Virus record (IMG/VR): IMGVR_UViG_3300010938_000019
DNA: 20,000 nt
Source: an uncultured virus (IMG/VR IMGVR_UViG_3300010938_000019)
Taxonomy: Duplodnaviria; Heunggongvirae; Uroviricota; Caudoviricetes
Strand: one strand, 5' to 3'
In this document: positions 15,512 to 20,000 of the stretch, piece by piece
How the letters are laid out: each line of letters starts with the position of its first letter
How positions within the stretch are numbered: position 1 is the stretch's first letter
The notes under the pieces: generated by a model
Seen by the model: only the letters and a program-made list of their open reading frames with translations
The model's database searches: none
Told to the model about the DNA's origin: nothing
Program-made: the position numbers and the translations under genes

Positions 15512-15778
15512 ATGATGAGTAGAAAAAAACAAAAGTACAATTCAATTTTAAGCGAACTTTTAGAGCGCAATACTATCTACAATGAAGAAGATTTACACGA
15601 TATTATTGCAGATAATAGCGAGTTAAACTTTTTAGTATACGACTATATTTTTGACGTAACTGACGGTAACATAGGAATGGAATTTTCAGGAAACCCAGCT
15701 TATGAAGATCTTCTTGGAGATTTATCTTTTGACATAGAGGAGAAAATAAATGAAAACAATAGTAAAGTACTCGAATAG
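15512..15778 (+). CDS. Hypothetical acidic protein (88 aa)
   Basis: GAGGAGG RBS. Confidence 0.75.
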   Translation: MMSRKKQKYNSILSELLERNTIYNEEDLHDIIADNSELNFLVYDYIFDVTDGNIGMEFSGNPAYEDLLGDLSFDIEEKINENNSKVLE

Positions 15779-15971
15779 AAAGCTTTATAACTTAAACGAG
15801 AGTAGATATACTACTCTCCATGAACTTATAGAGTTTGCCAAGAATGGGCAGCCCTTTGTTGTTATCAGACATGACGATAACGAGGACATAACAAACGATA
15901 CTTTGAAACAATGCTTACTTAATTTGAATATTAACCAAAACGTACTACTTAATTTAGTAGCAAATTCATAA
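15750..15971 (+). CDS. PhaR/AniA-type (PHB accumulation regulator) N-terminal DNA-binding domain protein (73 aa)
   Basis: IVKYSNRKLYN..ESRYTTL.EL....KNGQPFVVI....NEDIT..TL.Q follows the IKKYxNRRLYDT..SxYITL...G..F.V......EDLT...L.Q signature; GAGGAG RBS. Confidence 0.85.
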   Translation: MKTIVKYSNRKLYNLNESRYTTLHELIEFAKNGQPFVVIRHDDNEDITNDTLKQCLLNLNINQNVLLNLVANS

Positions 15972-15980
15972 GGAGAATCT

Positions 15981-16283
15981 ATGCATCATTTAAACGTTGT
16001 TCCCTATACTGAAGAATACAAAACACTTGACCACGCTTTAAATCGTATTATGTACCTTAAAAGCATGTCTTTGTTCTTAAGAGAAACATCTTCTTCTAAA
16101 GAAGTTAAGAGATATGAGGATGAAATCTACGACACTGAATGTCAATTGCTAGGACTTATTGCAGATCTAGACAATGGAGATTCTCAAGACGTAGATAAGC
16201 TTTTCTTTAAGACTGAAAACTTTGGTATTGTTACAAAAGAAATTGCTAGAAATTTAAGTAATAATTTATTAAAATTTAATTAA
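15981..16283 (+). CDS. Hypothetical protein (100 aa)
   Basis: AAGGAG RBS. Confidence 0.75.
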   Translation: MHHLNVVPYTEEYKTLDHALNRIMYLKSMSLFLRETSSSKEVKRYEDEIYDTECQLLGLIADLDNGDSQDVDKLFFKTENFGIVTKEIARNLSNNLLKFN

Positions 16284-16291
16284 AGGATGTT

Positions 16292-16483
16292 ATGAAAACT
16301 TATGAAACTTTTCCAGTGGGAACACATGTTAAATTTGGACTGTACAAAGGAATGGTAGTAGAATCCTCTCCAGAAGCTGTAATTGTTCAGTACTCTACAT
16401 GGTCCTACATTAGCACATGGACTGGAGAATACCCAAGAATATCTTATAAAATTCTAGATCTGTTAGAGGTGGACAGTGAATAA
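16292..16483 (+). CDS. Hypothetical protein (63 aa, SH3-like beta pattern)
   Basis: AAGGA RBS; FPVGTHV...GMVVE. Confidence 0.7.
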   Translation: MKTYETFPVGTHVKFGLYKGMVVESSPEAVIVQYSTWSYISTWTGEYPRISYKILDLLEVDSE

Positions 16484-16979
16484 GGTATATACTAAAAGAC
16501 TTGAAGAAGGTAAACACTTAGTAAAAAACTATAGAGCGTCTAAGTTCTACTTAGGGAAGTACGCTTTAGAGATGATTGATCAGTTCCCCGGACTAACACT
16601 AAAGAGACTTTCCCAAGACCTTAAGTTACCTTATGGAACAATGAAACCAATAGTTGCATACTATAGGAAATCTAGAGAAACTTTTAGCGAAGATAAGCAA
16701 GAGCGGGGGTTCTTTCTTATACAAAAATTAGTTTGTGCGCATAAACTTAAAATTTCTGAACTGAATAGTTCGAATTTAGTTATGCTAGAAAAGAAGCTAG
16801 AAGATAATAACATTCCTAAAGGGTTTGCAGCTTTTGGTAAGTTTAAAAGCTATAGTAATCAGCTCATTTCCTTTTTAAGTAAGAATCCTTTGATTGTAGA
16901 TTCCGAGAAAAAGGAGATCTACGAGATATTAAGGAAGATGGAAATGGCTTTAGAAGGAAAGTTAAAGAAGATTGCCTAA
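16476..16979 (+). CDS. Hypothetical basic protein, possible HTH (167 aa)
   Basis: GAGG RBS, GTG start; TLKRLSQDLKLPYGTM is HTH-like. Confidence 0.7.
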   Translation: MNKVYTKRLEEGKHLVKNYRASKFYLGKYALEMIDQFPGLTLKRLSQDLKLPYGTMKPIVAYYRKSRETFSEDKQERGFFLIQKLVCAHKLKISELNSSNLVMLEKKLEDNNIPKGFAAFGKFKSYSNQLISFLSKNPLIVDSEKKEIYEILRKMEMALEGKLKKIA

Positions 16980-17427
16980 CAAAAGGATTCATATGGGTAA
17001 ATCCCAACAAAGAACACTAAGGCATAAAGAAGATAAGGGCGGAGAAATCAAGAGACTAAAGAACGCTATAAGAAGATTAGAAAGTGACAAAAGGAAGTTA
17101 CTATCTGAAATAAAAACACTTGAGGAAGCTTTTGGGAAGAACATTCAGTTTCTAAAAGGTAAGACCGATGGACTAACACTGAATGAACTAATAAAGGCAG
17201 CAAAGAACGAGCAGAGTCTAGAGCAAGTTAAGAATGAAAAAGAGCAGAAGTTTTCGGACATGGAAAAGAAATGGAAGTGTTTTGACTGCGAGAACGGGCT
17301 ACTAAAGATTATCAAGTATAATAATAGAGATGGTGAACATTATTTTAGATTGTGTTCTAATCATCCGAAGTGTAAGAAACGTACTAAACCTAAAAAATGG
17401 CACGATAACGTGGAAGGAATAAGATGA
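16972..17427 (+). CDS. Coiled-coil protein with C-terminal topoisomerase-type C4 Zn ribbon
   Basis: CFDC...F.LCSNHPKC resembles CPxC...FxGCSxYPxC; the start could be ATG 16993. Confidence 0.75.
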   Translation: MPNKRIHMGKSQQRTLRHKEDKGGEIKRLKNAIRRLESDKRKLLSEIKTLEEAFGKNIQFLKGKTDGLTLNELIKAAKNEQSLEQVKNEKEQKFSDMEKKWKCFDCENGLLKIIKYNNRDGEHYFRLCSNHPKCKKRTKPKKWHDNVEGIR

Positions 17428-17618
17428 AAGACATTTACGACAGAAAAGATCTTGAACTAATGGAATCAGTACTTGAAAATAAATTTCAAATACTAGAACA
17501 CATCGAGCAGTATTTGCTAAACGATACTTGGGTAGACGAGTTTAGAGTAAAAAATAATAAAGGACTAGAACAAGTCATTGTGGTTGACTTTGACGGCGAA
17601 ATAATCGCATCATTTTAA
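17424..17618 (+). CDS. Hypothetical protein (64 aa)
   Basis: ATGA overlap; AAGGA RBS. Confidence 0.7.
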   Translation: MKDIYDRKDLELMESVLENKFQILEHIEQYLLNDTWVDEFRVKNNKGLEQVIVVDFDGEIIASF

Positions 17619-17625
17619 GGGTTAT

Positions 17626-17775
17626 ATGCAAAAAATAGTATTGATTGGATGGGCATTTTTAATGGTAGGTTATGTGTTACTGTATATAGCGCAAGAACCT
17701 GAAATAGCGATATTCTTTTTTATAGTAAGTTTTGGTACATTCATTATTAAATTATTGAATTTAGGTATAGAATAA
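17626..17775 (+). CDS. Small two-TM protein (49 aa, not in ORF track)
   Basis: MQKIVLIGWAFLMVGYVLLYIAQEPEIAIFFFIVSFGTFIIKLLNLGIE fills the intergenic gap. Confidence 0.6.
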   Translation: MQKIVLIGWAFLMVGYVLLYIAQEPEIAIFFFIVSFGTFIIKLLNLGIE

Positions 17776-17783
17776 AATAGTTG

Positions 17784-17812
17784 TTTACATTGTGTTTGAA
17801 AAGTAGTATTAT
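17784..17812 (+). promoter_or_regulatory. Sigma70-type promoter TTTACA-N17-TATTAT
   Basis: One mismatch per hexamer; immediately upstream of an AAGGAG RBS. Confidence 0.55.
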
Positions 17813-17828
17813 TGTGTAAGGAGTTTAC

Positions 17829-18086
17829 ATGACGACATATTACAAAGCAAAATATACTTTCGAATGTGAAGATCTTCTTAACGACAATGATGAACACGTT
17901 CCAGAATATACAGCGTATTTTAACGGTGTAGAATACTTTAAAGAAGATGGAATCGAAGTTGAATTAGTAGAAATAGTTGATGAGAATGGACAAGCAGTAT
18001 CTACAAATAAATTTTCTAAAGAAACCGTAAGATATTTGTATGATAAAGCTTATTATTTAGACTTTAACAAAGTAGAATTGGAGTAG
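17829..18086 (+). CDS. Hypothetical acidic protein (85 aa)
   Basis: AAGGAG RBS. Confidence 0.75.
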   Translation: MTTYYKAKYTFECEDLLNDNDEHVPEYTAYFNGVEYFKEDGIEVELVEIVDENGQAVSTNKFSKETVRYLYDKAYYLDFNKVELE

Positions 18087-18088
18087 AT

Positions 18089-18217
18089 ATGTTGAAAATA
18101 TTTATGGTGTTTTGTATGATTCTTGGGGCAACTGCAATTGCTACAAGCTTAGGGGTTTACACTTACATGTTCTTTACAGAAATTGAACCAGCAATGGGGA
18201 GTAGTTATGAGGAATAA
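18089..18217 (+). CDS. Small single-TM protein (42 aa, not in ORF track)
   Basis: GGAG RBS; MLKIFMVFCMILGATAIATSLGVYTYMFF... Confidence 0.6.
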   Translation: MLKIFMVFCMILGATAIATSLGVYTYMFFTEIEPAMGSSYEE

Positions 18218-18875
18218 TACTATAATTGGATTAGTAGGAACCAAGGGATCGGGAAAGACAACGGCAGCAAGACATATCGTAGAGAAACTACGGGAATATA
18301 ATCCTAGTATCGTTTCTTTTGCTGATAAACTAAAGAGAACCTGTTCAGAAATAACTGGACAACCTTTAGAGAACTTTGAAGAACAAGATAAGAAAGAACA
18401 GGTATTTGAAAAGTCCGAGTTTCTTTATACTTCACAAATACTAAAGATACTAAAAAACTTTAATATTAATTCTGCTTGTACAGACATTCCGGAAAAGTTT
18501 TCGGGCATTATATACAATACCAATAGGCAGCTAATGCAGATTGTTGGTACTGATATGCTAAGATCTTACGACGATCTAATCCATGTAAAGACTTTAGCAG
18601 ACCATAAAGGATTATTGATTGTTCCAGACGTTAGATTCGCAAATGAGGCGGAATATATAATAGAGAACAAAGGATATCTTATCTATATTTCCAATACCGA
18701 AGCCGAGTCAAAAGTCAATGAAAATTCTCACCAATCAGAGAAAGAGGTAGTAGAAAAAACTAGACATTTGGCTAACTTTACGGTTCATAACGATGGAAAG
18801 AATTTAACAAAGTTTATTGAAAATGTTGATGACATTTTGTTTGATATAGAGTATTATATTAAAAATCATTCATAA
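18207..18875 (+). CDS. Deoxynucleoside monophosphate kinase (T4 gp1-like)
   Basis: IIGLVGTKGSGKTT P-loop, SFADKLK, RQLMQIVGTD, DVRFANE, HQSE; GGGGAG RBS before ATG 18207. Confidence 0.92.
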   Translation: MRNNTIIGLVGTKGSGKTTAARHIVEKLREYNPSIVSFADKLKRTCSEITGQPLENFEEQDKKEQVFEKSEFLYTSQILKILKNFNINSACTDIPEKFSGIIYNTNRQLMQIVGTDMLRSYDDLIHVKTLADHKGLLIVPDVRFANEAEYIIENKGYLIYISNTEAESKVNENSHQSEKEVVEKTRHLANFTVHNDGKNLTKFIENVDDILFDIEYYIKNHS

Positions 18876-18886
18876 AGGGAGAAATT

Positions 18887-19591
18887 ATGAAAACAACTTT
18901 CGGAATCTTATTAATAGTACTGCTCTCGGGATGCAATAATAATTCGCATATTTCAGCATCACCGACAGCTACACCAACTTCAATAGCAACTGTAGTCCCT
19001 ACTGCAGTACCTACAGTGGCTCCAACGGCTGCACCAACCGCAATTCCTAATCCTAACCTTATATGCGACGGTTCTTTTGAGGGCATCTACTCTGGATCTT
19101 CTTGGGAAGTCTTCGACTACCTATCATTACCTGAGAATTGCTGGAAGATTAAAGATGTTAAAGCTGGACTTGAAGTTCAATTTAGCGGAGTAACTAAGCC
19201 AGCGGTACATGGTAACTATATTGCAGAATTAGATTCTCATAAAGTAAATGGATTGACTAAATCAAACGTAGAAATTTACCAGATACTAAAAACTGTACCA
19301 GGACAATCATACGATCTAACTTTTTACTATGCAGCAAGAACATCTAACTCAAGCTCTAATATGGATGTAACTATTGCAGAAGTAAATGGTATAACTCTAA
19401 CTACCACTACTCTAAAACATTACTCGTCTACTAACTCAAACTTTGCTAAGTACTCGATAAAGTTTGTAGCTACTTCTTGTGAAACCTATGTATCATTCAA
19501 AGGTACTGGGACGGAAGATAGTTTTGGGGCATTACTTGATGCCGTAGTATTAAAAAAGTACATACCTAATATTGATTGCGATTGTAACTAA
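18887..19591 (+). CDS. Lipoprotein with Pro/Thr/Ala linker and DUF642/galactose-binding-like domain (234 aa)
   Basis: Lipobox LLSG|C; PTA repeats; NLICDGSFE...AELDSH...IYQILKTVPGQSYDLTFYYAAR...GALLDAV. Confidence 0.8.
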   Translation: MKTTFGILLIVLLSGCNNNSHISASPTATPTSIATVVPTAVPTVAPTAAPTAIPNPNLICDGSFEGIYSGSSWEVFDYLSLPENCWKIKDVKAGLEVQFSGVTKPAVHGNYIAELDSHKVNGLTKSNVEIYQILKTVPGQSYDLTFYYAARTSNSSSNMDVTIAEVNGITLTTTTLKHYSSTNSNFAKYSIKFVATSCETYVSFKGTGTEDSFGALLDAVVLKKYIPNIDCDCN

Positions 19592-19592
19592 T

Positions 19593-19712
19593 ATGACAAT
19601 TACTGAAATATGTTTTATAATATTTGCAATAACCTCCACTGCACAGTTTATCTTCACTGTGTACGTGGAGTTCTTTAGGAGAAGAGATGAAAGTAACCAT
19701 AAAGTACGATAA
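19593..19712 (+). CDS. Small single-TM protein (39 aa, not in ORF track)
   Basis: Starts 1 nt after the upstream stop; hydrophobic N-terminal half. Confidence 0.5.
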   Translation: MTITEICFIIFAITSTAQFIFTVYVEFFRRRDESNHKVR

Positions 19713-20000
19713 GAAAACCAAGGAATACTATTTCGATATTGATGATTTTAAAGATCTCATAGATATATCTAAAGTAGTAACATATAAACTAGATAGGGAA
19801 GATGGAGGATTTACTATAAAATTCTACGATAAAAATAAGAAACTAATTAAGCCTAAGCAAGACAAGGCACCAAGTAAAGAACCTCGGGACTTTGTTAAAA
19901 AACTGGCAGAGTACTTAGTCAAAGAAGACCAGTATTTGGCATTAAACATAACACAAGCTACTATTTTAGCAGAAAATGTTAATAGATTCTTTTCTAAGAA
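19687..20000 (+). CDS. Hypothetical protein, truncated by window edge
   Basis: AGGAG RBS; MKVTIKYDKKTKEYYFDIDD... open to position 20000. Confidence 0.7.
   Translation, partial: MKVTIKYDKKTKEYYFDIDDFKDLIDISKVVTYKLDREDGGFTIKFYDKNKKLIKPKQDKAPSKEPRDFVKKLAEYLVKEDQYLALNITQATILAENVNRFFSK

Noticed and set aside
12151..19086. Minus-strand ORFs at 12151, 12724, 17670 and 18859, and plus-strand ORF 13486-13761
   Set aside because: Shadow ORFs, or spanning regulatory DNA without an RBS.

Overview
AT-rich tailed dsDNA phage (Caudoviricetes) segment, standard genetic code. Left half (minus strand, 11053 to 1): late packaging/head module with small basic proteins, an HNH endonuclease, a membrane protein, a probable small terminase, large terminase with a 360-aa LAGLIDADG intein in Walker A, portal with a 345-aa LAGLIDADG intein, scaffold, and a major capsid gene. 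The ORF track misses the capsid gene, which is split after codon 19 by a 904-nt group I intron encoding a LAGLIDADG endonuclease. Right half (plus strand): short early/middle genes including a stand-alone PhaR-type DNA-binding domain, a dNMP kinase and a DUF642-like lipoprotein. The intergenic DNA is richly structured: a repeated late-promoter candidate (TTTAACAACTA, 4 copies), divergent sigma54-type promoters with IHF consensus sites, a repeated AAATGACGCRGTG leader motif, two candidate ~320-350 nt structured ncRNAs and a candidate sRNA. One of the larger RNAs carries short blocks matching both strands of the GC-rich control region at 13400-13570. All calls are by eye; no database searches were run.
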